Shown here piece by piece: positions 36,729-46,266 of a stretch of DNA of 50,188 nucleotides. Made by a program: the position numbers and the translations under genes. The number at the start of each line of letters is the position of its first letter. The first letter of the stretch is position 1. Source of the stretch: an uncultured bacterium (GTDB lineage: Bacteria > Latescibacterota > Latescibacteria > Latescibacterales > Latescibacteraceae); NCBI GenBank assembly GCA_964456585.1, contig CAYWBT010000004.1:1-50188 (forward strand), given 5' to 3'. The notes below the pieces were generated by a model that saw only the letters and a program-made list of their open reading frames with translations, was not told the origin of the DNA and did no database searches.

Positions 36729-36744
36729 TGGCATGAGTGTTGCT
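36729..36744 (+). promoter_or_regulatory. Sigma54 promoter of the flgF-flgL operon
   Basis: TGGCAT-GAGTG-TTGCT, GG-N10-GC. Confidence 0.87.
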
Positions 36745-36796
36745 AAACTAGAGGGAAACAGGCAGAACGCAGGTACGATAACGGAGAAGGAAAGCA

Positions 36797-37540
36797 ATGG
36801 TTCTTGGTATTTACACATCTGCCGCGGGTATGCAGCCGCGGATAAACCAGTTGAACAATATCGCGCACAATCTTGCCAACAAGACGACGTATGGGTATAA
36901 GAAGGAATCAATCTTTATGCGTCAGCTTATCACCGCCCAGAATGCGCTCGATCATGCGCTCGGCATCGAACGAACCGAGGTGCCCGAGGATGTAAGAATC
37001 GATTATTCGCAAGGATCGTTCCACCACACGGGTGCACAATACGATATAGCAATTCACGGTTCGGGATATTTCCGGCTCCAGGATGCTGCGGGAACGATTT
37101 TCTACAGCCGTGACGGGAATTTTCAGCTCATGCCGAACGGCTATTTGATGAATACGGAAGGTATGTACCTGCTCGATATGAACAACCAGCCTATCAGCCT
37201 TTCGGGGGAAAATGTCCGCATCGTACCGAACGGTAATGTGTTCGAGGGGGATCGTATGGTAACGAAGATTGGGCTGGCCGATTTTGATCCTGCTGACTAC
37301 CCGAACCTCAACAGCAGGGGCAGGGGCATCTTTACCCGGCCGGCGGGGATCAACGAGATTCCCCCCGATCAGAATGCCGAGATACTTCAGGGAACCCTGG
37401 AAGAATCAAATGTGAAATCTATCGAGGAAATGGTCAGTATGATGGAACTCTTCCGGTTTTTCGAGAGCGGGCAGAGATCTATCCAGATACAGGATCAAAC
37501 CCTCAATCGTGTGGTAACCGAAGTTGGTGTTGTACGATAA
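36797..37540 (+). CDS. flgF: Flagellar basal-body rod protein FlgF
   Basis: GIYTSAAGM, IAHNLAN..TYGYK, DIAIHGSGYF, YSRDGNF, LEESNV; directly before flgG. Confidence 0.9.
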   Translation: MVLGIYTSAAGMQPRINQLNNIAHNLANKTTYGYKKESIFMRQLITAQNALDHALGIERTEVPEDVRIDYSQGSFHHTGAQYDIAIHGSGYFRLQDAAGTIFYSRDGNFQLMPNGYLMNTEGMYLLDMNNQPISLSGENVRIVPNGNVFEGDRMVTKIGLADFDPADYPNLNSRGRGIFTRPAGINEIPPDQNAEILQGTLEESNVKSIEEMVSMMELFRFFESGQRSIQIQDQTLNRVVTEVGVVR

Positions 37541-37577
37541 TACTTCCTATGCATTCATAGAGTAAAGGAGCACTCAG

Positions 37578-38366
37578 ATGATTAGAGCCATGAGAACAGC
37601 GGCGTCGGGAATGAACGCCCAGCACCTGAATGTGGACAACATTTCGAATAACCTGGCGAATGTGAACACCACCGGATTCAAGAAAGCGAAACTCGAATTC
37701 CAGGAGATTCTTTCGGAAGTCATGCGCATGGCTGGTTCCACGACGGCAACGGGCGTCGTGGTTCCGGTTGAGCTTCAAATCGGCTATGGTGCGAAAGCGG
37801 TCGCCACGCAGCGAATTTTCAGCCAGGGTACCCTCGTGAACACCAATAATCCGCTCGACCTTGCCATACAGGGTGACGGGTTCTTCATGGTGGAAATGCC
37901 CGACGGTACCACTGCATTCTCCCGTGACGGCGCGTTTAAGATTTCGAGGGACGGTGATCTGGTGACCTCGGATGGTTACTTTGTTACGCCGGCTGTCACG
38001 ATACCGCCGGAAGCGACTGAAATTGCGATCGGTGTCGATGGTACGGTTTCCATTCAGATCGCCGGGGAAACCGAGGCGACAGAGCTTGGTCAGATTACTC
38101 TCGCCAAGTTTATGAATCCCGCGGGTCTCTCCTCAATGGGCCGGAACCTCTACATACAGACTACCGCCTCGGGAGACTTCATAGAGGGTGTTGCTGGTGA
38201 AGAGGGACTTGGGCAGATACGATCGATGTTCCTCGAAATGTCCAATGTGGACACGGTCGAGGAAATGGTAAATCTTATCGTGGCGCAGCGGTCATACGAA
38301 ATCAATTCGAAGGCCATTCAGACATCGGATGACATGATGTCGCTGGCCAACAACTTGAAACGATAA
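37578..38366 (+). CDS. flgG: Flagellar distal rod protein FlgG
   Basis: MIRAMRTAASGM, NNLANVNTTGFK, LDLAIQGDGFF, AQRSYEINSKAIQTSD. Confidence 0.97.
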   Translation: MIRAMRTAASGMNAQHLNVDNISNNLANVNTTGFKKAKLEFQEILSEVMRMAGSTTATGVVVPVELQIGYGAKAVATQRIFSQGTLVNTNNPLDLAIQGDGFFMVEMPDGTTAFSRDGAFKISRDGDLVTSDGYFVTPAVTIPPEATEIAIGVDGTVSIQIAGETEATELGQITLAKFMNPAGLSSMGRNLYIQTTASGDFIEGVAGEEGLGQIRSMFLEMSNVDTVEEMVNLIVAQRSYEINSKAIQTSDDMMSLANNLKR

Positions 38367-39122
38367 ATGAGCGGAATGATACCCATGCCTGACACTGATT
38401 TCTTCAGACACTCCACGGCTCTCATCCTAATCGGAATCATTCTGACGCTGGTGGCAGCGAATGCCGCATCTGCCGGCGTGGTGACGTCCGATACCATACG
38501 GGAAGAGGTTGAGCGCTTCGTGAAGTCCCGGTACGAGAGCGGGGACCTTGAAATCGAGGTATCGGTTCCGCGCGCAGTCGATATCACGGTTGATGAGGAC
38601 GTTCGACCGGTCATAGTCGTATCTCAGGACACGGAACGACAACCGGGAAGAAGCCTGCCGGTTACGGTTTCTGTCACCGGGAGCGACGGCGAGGTTGTGA
38701 GGAAACTCAGACTGATCACGCGGTTAAAATACTTTATCCCGGCGGTGACCATTAAGCGTGATGTCGCGCTGGGCGAAGCCATTACACCCGACGACGTCGT
38801 GGTGGAAAAGGTTGAGGTGACCGGCATCAAAGACTACTATACCGACCCTACCAGACTCGGAAAGATACAGGCGAACAAGCGAATGAAGGCGGGTAACGTG
38901 CTGACACGCTTCAATACGCGCTCGATCAGCGTCGTTCGCCGCGGTGATACAGTCGATGTTGAGATACAAAGTGGAGGTGTGCGTGCCCGTACGAAAGGAA
39001 CGGTCCGTGAGAACGGCGGTACGGGAGATCACATCAAGGTCTATATTAATATGACCCGGGTGACCATCATGGCGACCGTTGTCGATTCGCAAACGGTCAG
39101 GGCCGGTGTTGAAGGAGGATAA
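38367..39122 (+). CDS. flgA: P-ring formation chaperone FlgA
   Basis: Signal peptide, SAF-like LGEAITPDDV, VVRRGDTV, G..GDHIKV; between flgG and flgH. Confidence 0.88.
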   Translation: MSGMIPMPDTDFFRHSTALILIGIILTLVAANAASAGVVTSDTIREEVERFVKSRYESGDLEIEVSVPRAVDITVDEDVRPVIVVSQDTERQPGRSLPVTVSVTGSDGEVVRKLRLITRLKYFIPAVTIKRDVALGEAITPDDVVVEKVEVTGIKDYYTDPTRLGKIQANKRMKAGNVLTRFNTRSISVVRRGDTVDVEIQSGGVRARTKGTVRENGGTGDHIKVYINMTRVTIMATVVDSQTVRAGVEGG

Positions 39123-39123
39123 A

Positions 39124-39729
39124 GTGAAACGATATGCCGGTGTAGTCATCGGACTTACGGTGCTTATGATAACGTGCACGCCATTGGGCGGCACCTGTGC
39201 GGAAGAGCTCATCCGGACGGGCGCAAATGTTTCCATGTACGGTGATGTCAAGGCGAAAAAGATTGGCGATATTATCTCGGTCATCATATCGGAGAGCAAC
39301 TCGGCGTCCAAAGATGCCCAAACGGGTTCGAAGAAAATTACCTCTGCCGAAGCAAAGGGTAGCGCAACCACCGGAGCGCTCTCGGGTCTCTTTCCGGGCA
39401 TGGGCGGCGATGTCGATTTGAGCAATCAGTTTAACGGTCAGGCGAGCACGACCCGCAGTGGAAGACTCTCGAGCAGAATCACCGTGCGCGTCGTGGATAT
39501 CCTCCCCAATAATAATCTCATTATTGAGGGAACGAAAACCATGGAAATCAACGAAGATGTTGAAGTGGTGACCCTTTCCGGAATCGTACAGCCCGAATAC
39601 ATCAGCGCAACCAATACGGTGAATTCTTCGCAGATTGCGAACGCCAAAATCACGTATAAGGGTAAAGGTTCCGTATCCCAGGGAAACCGAATCGGTATCC
39701 TCGGACGGTTTTTTAACTGGATTTTCTGA
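39124..39729 (+). CDS. flgH: Flagellar L-ring protein FlgH
   Basis: GTG at 39124 after GGAGGA; DVKAKKIGDIISVII, VVDILPNNNLIIEG, SSQIANAKITYKG. Confidence 0.93.
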   Translation: MKRYAGVVIGLTVLMITCTPLGGTCAEELIRTGANVSMYGDVKAKKIGDIISVIISESNSASKDAQTGSKKITSAEAKGSATTGALSGLFPGMGGDVDLSNQFNGQASTTRSGRLSSRITVRVVDILPNNNLIIEGTKTMEINEDVEVVTLSGIVQPEYISATNTVNSSQIANAKITYKGKGSVSQGNRIGILGRFFNWIF

Positions 39730-39868
39730 GCAGAGCGGTTACCGGCGCTTTTCCACGGTGTCGAGTGGAAGATATGCGATTAATCGGGGTACTCGTAGAG
39801 AGCACTGTTTCTGACAGCATGATCCAACAGGGAAAGAGAATTTCATCATTAATCGAAGGACAGGTCAC

Positions 39869-40954
39869 ATGATAAAGCGAATGATATATGGTGGTGTACT
39901 CCTGGTGCTCGTGTTCGCGGCATTTACCGCCCAGGCGGATGTCAGGTTAAAGGATATCGCGTTTATCAAAGATCAGCGCATGATGCAGATCAAGGGAGTG
40001 GGACTCGTGACCGGTCTGAATGGCACCGGTGACGGGAAGAACACACAGTTTACCATCCGGATGATTTCGAACATGATGCGCCGTATGAATATTGAGCTGC
40101 CGACCCAGAGCATCAAGGTGAAAAACGTTGCGGCAGTGATGGTTACCTCGACGATATCCCCTTACATGAAGGTTGGCGGTTCGTTCGATGTGAACGTTTC
40201 ATCGCTCGGCGATGCGAAAAGTCTCGAGGGCGGCACGCTCCTTCTAACGCCCCTTTCCGACAGCGAAGACGTACTGTATGGCATGGCGCAGGGCCCGTTA
40301 ACACTTGGCGGCACAAACAAGGATTTCGGTAGTGCCAGTGGTGTGGTAGAGAACGAGATACTGACCGGCGTGGTTCCCGGTGGCGGGTTATTGGAGCGTG
40401 AAGTCACCACGCTTGCCATGGACGAGCGAAGCCTGAACATTACCCTGCGCAATCCCGACTACACGACCGTTTATCGCTTGGCTTCATCGATCAACGAGCA
40501 TTTTGACGGAGACCTCGCTATAGCTCGGGATGCCGGTAATGTTATTGTCAAGGTGCCCGATAACTATGTGGATAATGGCGATCTAGTCCAGTTTATTTCT
40601 GAGATGGAATCGATCACATTCAGACCGGATGAGAAAGCAAAGGTGGTCATCAACGAACGCACCGGTACGATCATCGCCGGTAATAATGTGAGCCTGGCGC
40701 CGGTGGCGATCATGCATGGGACCCTGTCACTGATGATCGCGGCGCCGGAACCGGCCGCGGAAGAAAGCGTGCCGCTTCTTCCGGCAATTCGAGGTCAGAA
40801 CGGCGACCGTATGGTGAGCATTGGCGAATCGGCAAATGTCGAGCAGATCGCGCGGGCACTCAATATGCTCGGTGTGACGCCGCGGGATCTCATCGCGATT
40901 TTCCAGGCACTGAAAGCGGCGGGATCTCTCCGGGCGGAACTGATCATCATATAA
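39869..40954 (+). CDS. flgI: Flagellar P-ring protein FlgI
   Basis: VRLKDI, GLVTGLNGTGD, KNVAAVMV, GDAKSLEGGTL, AKVVINERTGT, AAGSLRAEL. Confidence 0.97.
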   Translation: MIKRMIYGGVLLVLVFAAFTAQADVRLKDIAFIKDQRMMQIKGVGLVTGLNGTGDGKNTQFTIRMISNMMRRMNIELPTQSIKVKNVAAVMVTSTISPYMKVGGSFDVNVSSLGDAKSLEGGTLLLTPLSDSEDVLYGMAQGPLTLGGTNKDFGSASGVVENEILTGVVPGGGLLEREVTTLAMDERSLNITLRNPDYTTVYRLASSINEHFDGDLAIARDAGNVIVKVPDNYVDNGDLVQFISEMESITFRPDEKAKVVINERTGTIIAGNNVSLAPVAIMHGTLSLMIAAPEPAAEESVPLLPAIRGQNGDRMVSIGESANVEQIARALNMLGVTPRDLIAIFQALKAAGSLRAELIII

Positions 40955-40975
40955 CGAAAACGGTGGGGGAATATT

Positions 40976-41407
40976 TTGGATTTCCAGACGATACAAGGTC
41001 TTGATAAAGGGCTTATGAGTATACCGGGACGAGGTGGTCGGCAGTTTCACTCCCTCGGATTTAATACTCCGGCGAGCCGAAAGAAGAACACCGTTCCTCT
41101 CAATCAACAGGAGAATGTCGAGGCGAGGAAAGCACGACTCCACAAGGCAGCCGAGGATTTTGAGGAGATTTTTGTGCGCGAGATACTCAAGAACATGCGC
41201 TCGACCCTCATGGATGGCGGGATGTTCGGCCAGGGAACCATCGGAGATATGTACAGCACCATGATGGATGAAGTGCTTGCGGAAAAGATTTCGGCGGGAG
41301 GTACGCTCGGTCTTGCCGATGTCATCTACCGTCAGGTGGTGAGCAGTATCGAGACAGCGGAGAGTTCCGGGGAAAACATACCGACGGAAACGGGTATGAT
41401 AGAGTGA
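40976..41407 (+). CDS. flgJ: FlgJ, rod-binding domain only (no muramidase domain)
   Basis: LHKAAEDFEEIFVREILKNMRST...MYSTMMDE...LGLADVIYRQ; 143 aa. Confidence 0.88.
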   Translation: MDFQTIQGLDKGLMSIPGRGGRQFHSLGFNTPASRKKNTVPLNQQENVEARKARLHKAAEDFEEIFVREILKNMRSTLMDGGMFGQGTIGDMYSTMMDEVLAEKISAGGTLGLADVIYRQVVSSIETAESSGENIPTETGMIE

Positions 41408-41559
41408 GACAATTGTGAATTTTTTTTACCCTTTCCGGTGAAGAGTGCTAACCAGATCATGATAGGTATAACGTAAGCATCGGTACATGGATACAATCTT
41501 TGACAGAAAAACGTATACTGAGATAGCAGGGAACATTCAGGTAAAGGCGAGGCTGGAAT

Positions 41560-42114
41560 ATGACGAAGACAACTAGTAGAAAAGCGGGAGAAAACAGCTT
41601 GGATTACCGGCGGAACATTACCGAGCTCACCACCATATTAAAACGTGAGATACGCTCCTTCAACACCATCGTTGAACTGCTGGTTCTGGAAGGCAAGGCG
41701 CTGGTCGAATGCGACAATAATCTGCTCATGCAGGTAATCGAGCGTGAAGAGGATGTTTTGACCAGCATCGCCTGCCTGGAAAAGAGCAGGATGGAGGTGG
41801 TCAGGAAAATCGCCGCACACAGCAAAGAGAATCCGGAAACACTGACAGTGACGGAGATAGCGGAAACGGTGGAAGGTCCGCTCAAGAACGAGCTGGTTGA
41901 AACGGCGCACGTGTTGAACGAGATCAACGCCGACATTCAGCAGCGTAAGCTGTCAAACAATCTCCTGATAAAACAGGGAATTATGGTTATTGAGAGCAAC
42001 ATTCGCAGCATTCTGAAAGCGGCAGGTAAAGAAAATTTAATCAAAAATATATATTCTGCGGGTGCGGAATACGGCCGGGTTTCAGGGAGCATCCGCATCG
42101 ATGGTAGATTGTGA
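41560..42114 (+). CDS. flgN: Flagellar export chaperone FlgN
   Basis: Helical protein with LEKSRM, TLTVTEI and NNLLIKQG motifs; directly upstream of flgK. Confidence 0.82.
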   Translation: MTKTTSRKAGENSLDYRRNITELTTILKREIRSFNTIVELLVLEGKALVECDNNLLMQVIEREEDVLTSIACLEKSRMEVVRKIAAHSKENPETLTVTEIAETVEGPLKNELVETAHVLNEINADIQQRKLSNNLLIKQGIMVIESNIRSILKAAGKENLIKNIYSAGAEYGRVSGSIRIDGRL

Positions 42115-42123
42115 GAGGAAATC

Positions 42124-43515
42124 ATGGCAGATTTATTTAATGGGTTGAGTATTGCACGAAGCGGTATCCGGGCACAGACGAACATACTCAACGTAACCGG
42201 CCACAACATTGCGAATGCAAATACCCCGGGTTTTTCTCGTCAAACCGTTACCCTGACACCGATCGCGGGTCTCGATGGCGATAATATCCTGGGTGCCGGC
42301 GAACTGAGGATCGGTGGCGGTGTCGATGTCAAGCAAGCCTCCCGTACCCGCTATGCACTCTACGATGAAATCTACCGCCGGGAAAATCAGAGCTTGACCT
42401 ACTATTCAAAGATGGAAAACCTGGTTCAGCAGGTTGAGATGCTCTACGATGAGCCGTCCGACCGCGGACTCGGAACGCTGCTGGATAATTTCTACAATTC
42501 CTGGTATGACATCGCGAATGATCCCGGGAGCAGTGCAGCGCGTCAACAGCTTCACAATAATGCGGATGAACTGACGGGAAGGGTTAACAGGTATTATACT
42601 TCTCTCGTGGATATCTATGAAGCGATCGACAACGAAATAGCGAATATCCCGGATAAAATCAACCAGCTGAGCACCGAAATTGCCCGACTGAATACCTCGA
42701 TCGAGGTGACGGAAGTTAACGGCATTTCTTCGAACGATCTCCGTGACCAGCGTGACTCAGCCATCGACCAATTAACAGAATATTCCAATATCCGGGTGGC
42801 CGAGAAGGATAGTGGCGCAGTTACCATTTTCTTTGGCGACCGGGTTGTCGTTGATGGTGCCGCCACTGAGATGCTGTCCTCAAAATCGCTCAGTGAAGAA
42901 GATCGAAGTTTCCGCCGCCATAGTATCATTTCAAAGGACGGAACGGAGTACGTTCCCAAGCAGGGAGAGCTTGGTGCGCTTATCGACTTCCGCGATAATG
43001 TCCTCATGGGACTGCTCGATGATCTGGATACTCTGGCCGAAACTCTTGTCACTACCGTCAATGCCGAACACCGTAACGGCGTGGGTCTCGATGGCCTTAC
43101 CGGGCGGAATTTCTTCGATCCGGAAAGCACGAATGCCTTCAATATCAAACTCTCGGATGACATTTCAAATGTTGCCAATATCGCTGCCTCCGCCGATGGA
43201 TCGATCGGCGACAATACCAATGCGTTGACGATTGCCGATCTCAAGGACAGCAAGGTTATTGACAACTATTATACCATCACGGAATTTTATAACGGTATTA
43301 TCTCGAAGCTCGGTATTTTATCCCAGGAGGCCGCTGCCGGACGAAAGAATTCGGAAATGCTGGTCAACCAGATAGAAAATACCCGTCAGAGTTTCCAAGG
43401 TGTCAATATCGACGAGGAACTGGTGCTGATGATCCAGACCCAACGCCTCTATCAGAGTGCCTCACGACTGATTTCCGTGATAGACAGAATGCTCGAAACA
43501 TTGATTGCCATGTGA
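42124..43515 (+). CDS. flgK: Hook-associated protein FlgK
   Basis: GHNIANANTPGFSRQ, NDLRDQRD, GELGAL, GVNIDEELV...YQSASR. Confidence 0.96.
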   Translation: MADLFNGLSIARSGIRAQTNILNVTGHNIANANTPGFSRQTVTLTPIAGLDGDNILGAGELRIGGGVDVKQASRTRYALYDEIYRRENQSLTYYSKMENLVQQVEMLYDEPSDRGLGTLLDNFYNSWYDIANDPGSSAARQQLHNNADELTGRVNRYYTSLVDIYEAIDNEIANIPDKINQLSTEIARLNTSIEVTEVNGISSNDLRDQRDSAIDQLTEYSNIRVAEKDSGAVTIFFGDRVVVDGAATEMLSSKSLSEEDRSFRRHSIISKDGTEYVPKQGELGALIDFRDNVLMGLLDDLDTLAETLVTTVNAEHRNGVGLDGLTGRNFFDPESTNAFNIKLSDDISNVANIAASADGSIGDNTNALTIADLKDSKVIDNYYTITEFYNGIISKLGILSQEAAAGRKNSEMLVNQIENTRQSFQGVNIDEELVLMIQTQRLYQSASRLISVIDRMLETLIAM

Positions 43516-43540
43516 TACCATTTCACGAGTGGAGAAGACC

Positions 43541-44443
43541 ATGAGGATTTCCGACAAGACGATGCATAATAATTTTCTTGCGAACCTGAATCTGACCTCG
43601 CAGCGACTCTACGAGGCAGAAACACAGGTGCTGACAAACAAGCGAGTTACCAAGCCTTCCGATGATCCGGTTGACGCCTATAATATTCTTTCCATGCGGT
43701 CGAAGCTCAGCGATATAGAGCAATACCAGCGCAATATCGGTCAATCCAGGAAACTCCTGGAAACCACGGAATATAGCGTTGAACAGCTGAGGGAAGTTTA
43801 CGACGAACTCATATCGTTTGCCGTTCAGGGAGCTTCGGATACTTACGGTACCCGTGATCTGAACATCATCGCCGGCGATGTGAACCAGTACCTCGAACAG
43901 GTTTTCAACTTTGCGAACACCCGCTCGGACGACCGATATATTTTCGCCGGAACCTCGAACGAATCGGCACCCTACCAGGCGGTTCGGGACGAAAACGGTA
44001 ACATTGTCTCGGTGACCTCTCAGGGGACTGAGGGCGATATCATGAATGTCATCGGCGAAAAGGTGAGTATTAAGACCAATGTCAACGGCAAATCCCTCTT
44101 CGAGGACGGCGAAAATCTCTTCGAACTCGCCATTAATGTTCGTGACCACATCCTCGCCGAAGATATCGAAGCGCTCCGCGAGGACCTGGGACGCCTCAAC
44201 CAGGCATCGGAGGATATCTACACCATTCAAACGACTATCGGCGGCAAGATCAAGCGTATCGACAGCGCCGAATCACGTGCGGACAACGATAAAATCTATT
44301 TCGAAGAATTTATGAACTCCATCGAGGAAATCGACCCCACAGAAGCCATCATGAACTACCAGCTCGAGCTTATGACCCTCCAGAACTCCATGCAGGCGGG
44401 ATCGCGTATCCTGCAGTCCAGCCTCATCGATTTTTTAAGGTGA
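43541..44443 (+). CDS. flgL: Hook-associated protein FlgL
   Basis: MRISD, KPSDDPV, ANT....YIFAG, SLIDFLR; ATG at 43541. Confidence 0.95.
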   Translation: MRISDKTMHNNFLANLNLTSQRLYEAETQVLTNKRVTKPSDDPVDAYNILSMRSKLSDIEQYQRNIGQSRKLLETTEYSVEQLREVYDELISFAVQGASDTYGTRDLNIIAGDVNQYLEQVFNFANTRSDDRYIFAGTSNESAPYQAVRDENGNIVSVTSQGTEGDIMNVIGEKVSIKTNVNGKSLFEDGENLFELAINVRDHILAEDIEALREDLGRLNQASEDIYTIQTTIGGKIKRIDSAESRADNDKIYFEEFMNSIEEIDPTEAIMNYQLELMTLQNSMQAGSRILQSSLIDFLR

Positions 44444-44651
44444 GCACCTCATTCTTCGATATAACCGATCGATAAACAAGCTGATGGATGTCCCCGGCAC
44501 GGCTTTGTCACCGAGGAACAATCCTGTCCGTTGACACACGTTGCCGTGCGGAAAATGAATGAGAACAAGGCAGTATGGATAAAATATGATTGTTCTGGGA
44601 GGAACGGTTACCGCTCGTCCGGTTGCGTACCACTGACAACGTTCGTGCGTT

Positions 44652-45503
44652 TTACAACGATTCAAGTTTCTCGCGTGCCAGCTTCGCTTCCTCGGACTTC
44701 GGGTAGGAATTTATGAGGCCCTTCAGCGTCGTACGGGCGCTTATTTTATGCCCGATTTCAATCTGGGCGTACCCCTTCTTCAGGAGCGCGGCGGGTACCT
44801 TGGGGGATTTCCGGTAGTTTTTCCGCACCTTGTCGAACTCGGTGATCGCCAGCTCAAATTTCTTTTGCCCATAGGCGGTCTCGCCAAGCCAGTACTGGGC
44901 GTTTCCGGCGAGATCATGCTTCGGAAATTCGATGAGGAAGGTGAGGAGCCTGCTCTCGGCAAAGGCGAAGTTACCCTTGTTAATGTCCTCAATCGCTGAA
45001 CGATACAGATCTTCGGGTTTTGCCTCTATTGTTCCCGCCGAAGTTCTAATCACCAGTTTCTTTTCCTGTTCCGCAGCAGGCGTATCGGCGGTTTTTCCGT
45101 CGGAATCGGTACGGGGCGATGTGGCGGATGATTCCTCGGCCGAGGATGAGTTGACGCCTCCGTACAACTGAATAGCTTGGAGTGTCTTGAGCAGTTCGCG
45201 CAATTGGTAGTTGATTTCGTCCTGGCGGGCGACGAGGGAGGTGAGGTTGTCCCGCTCGTCACGGGATTGGGAACCGAGTTGTGCGCGAATGCCCATTGAG
45301 AGGGCATACTGTTCCTGCACCATGCTGTCGATTAAGGCAACGGATGCTTCGATTGCAGAGAGACGAGATTCGGTTGTCGTGCTCAACACATGCAATTCTT
45401 CGCGAAGATTCGACGCATCCCTGTGCGTTGCGCACGATAGAACCATGAGTGGTACGACGATCATGATGCAGGCAAAAAGTGCTGCCGAAACTCGTCTCAA
45501 CAT
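44652..45503 (-). CDS. cpoB: Tol-Pal system protein CpoB/YbgF
   Basis: Lipoprotein-like signal (VLSC), coiled coil, TPR motifs LAGNAQYWLGE, KVPAALLKKG, YPKSEEA; last gene of the tol-pal operon. Confidence 0.9.
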   Translation of the reverse strand: MLRRVSAALFACIMIVVPLMVLSCATHRDASNLREELHVLSTTTESRLSAIEASVALIDSMVQEQYALSMGIRAQLGSQSRDERDNLTSLVARQDEINYQLRELLKTLQAIQLYGGVNSSSAEESSATSPRTDSDGKTADTPAAEQEKKLVIRTSAGTIEAKPEDLYRSAIEDINKGNFAFAESRLLTFLIEFPKHDLAGNAQYWLGETAYGQKKFELAITEFDKVRKNYRKSPKVPAALLKKGYAQIEIGHKISARTTLKGLINSYPKSEEAKLAREKLESL

Positions 45504-45694
45504 TGCCTCACTCCCTCTTAGAGAGCTGAAAACTACTTTGGATTTGGATCATACTGTCACGGTCAGGCGGAAACGCTGCTAGCATGACCGCCTGACGACA
45601 GTAGTGACAGGTGCTTCAGTGACGCCCAAAGATGGCGAAATATATTTTCACCGTTTTTTTATCACCTTGAATCGGGGCAGAATTTCAAAGAACA

Positions 45695-46225
45695 CTACCG
45701 CCTGGTAATGACCAATTCACAGCGACGGTTCTTTCCCCACGCGGTTTCATTGTGTCCCCTGTCCATCGGACGCATTTCACCATAGGAGACCGTCTCGATC
45801 CGTGAACTGGAAATGCCATAGTCGGACAAATATTTCGTCACTGAATCGGCACGGCGCTGGCCGAGTGCCTGGTTGTACTCTTCAGTTCCCCTCTCGTCGC
45901 AGTGTCCCTCGATGCGCACCCTCACCGTCTGGTACCGTGATAAAAGCTGGGCATTACTGTTCATGGTGCTCCGCTGATCTGGCCTGATGTCGGATTTATC
46001 GAAGTCAAAGTAAATGGTGGTAAATGCGAGATCTCGCGGTACGCTGTCTTCCTTTTTCTCGGGAGCTTTGGGTACCACTGCCGGAGGTGCGGGCTTTTTC
46101 TCCGGCGCCCGGGTTTCTTGACGAACCGGTTCGGTGGTTTTTTTCTTGCTCGAACAACCTGTCAGGCCTGCCAGGGCGACCGCAAGTCCTAGAAGAAAAA
46201 CCATTAGCACTTTGCTTTTGAACAT
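45695..46225 (-). CDS. pal: Peptidoglycan-associated lipoprotein Pal
   Basis: Lipobox LTGC, IYFDFDKS, IEGHCDERGTEEYNQALGQRRA, SYGE, NRR. Confidence 0.97.
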   Translation of the reverse strand: MFKSKVLMVFLLGLAVALAGLTGCSSKKKTTEPVRQETRAPEKKPAPPAVVPKAPEKKEDSVPRDLAFTTIYFDFDKSDIRPDQRSTMNSNAQLLSRYQTVRVRIEGHCDERGTEEYNQALGQRRADSVTKYLSDYGISSSRIETVSYGEMRPMDRGHNETAWGKNRRCELVITRR

Positions 46226-46266
46226 GTTCCCCGTCCTTTCTTAATAAAGTGATGAAACAATAACTC

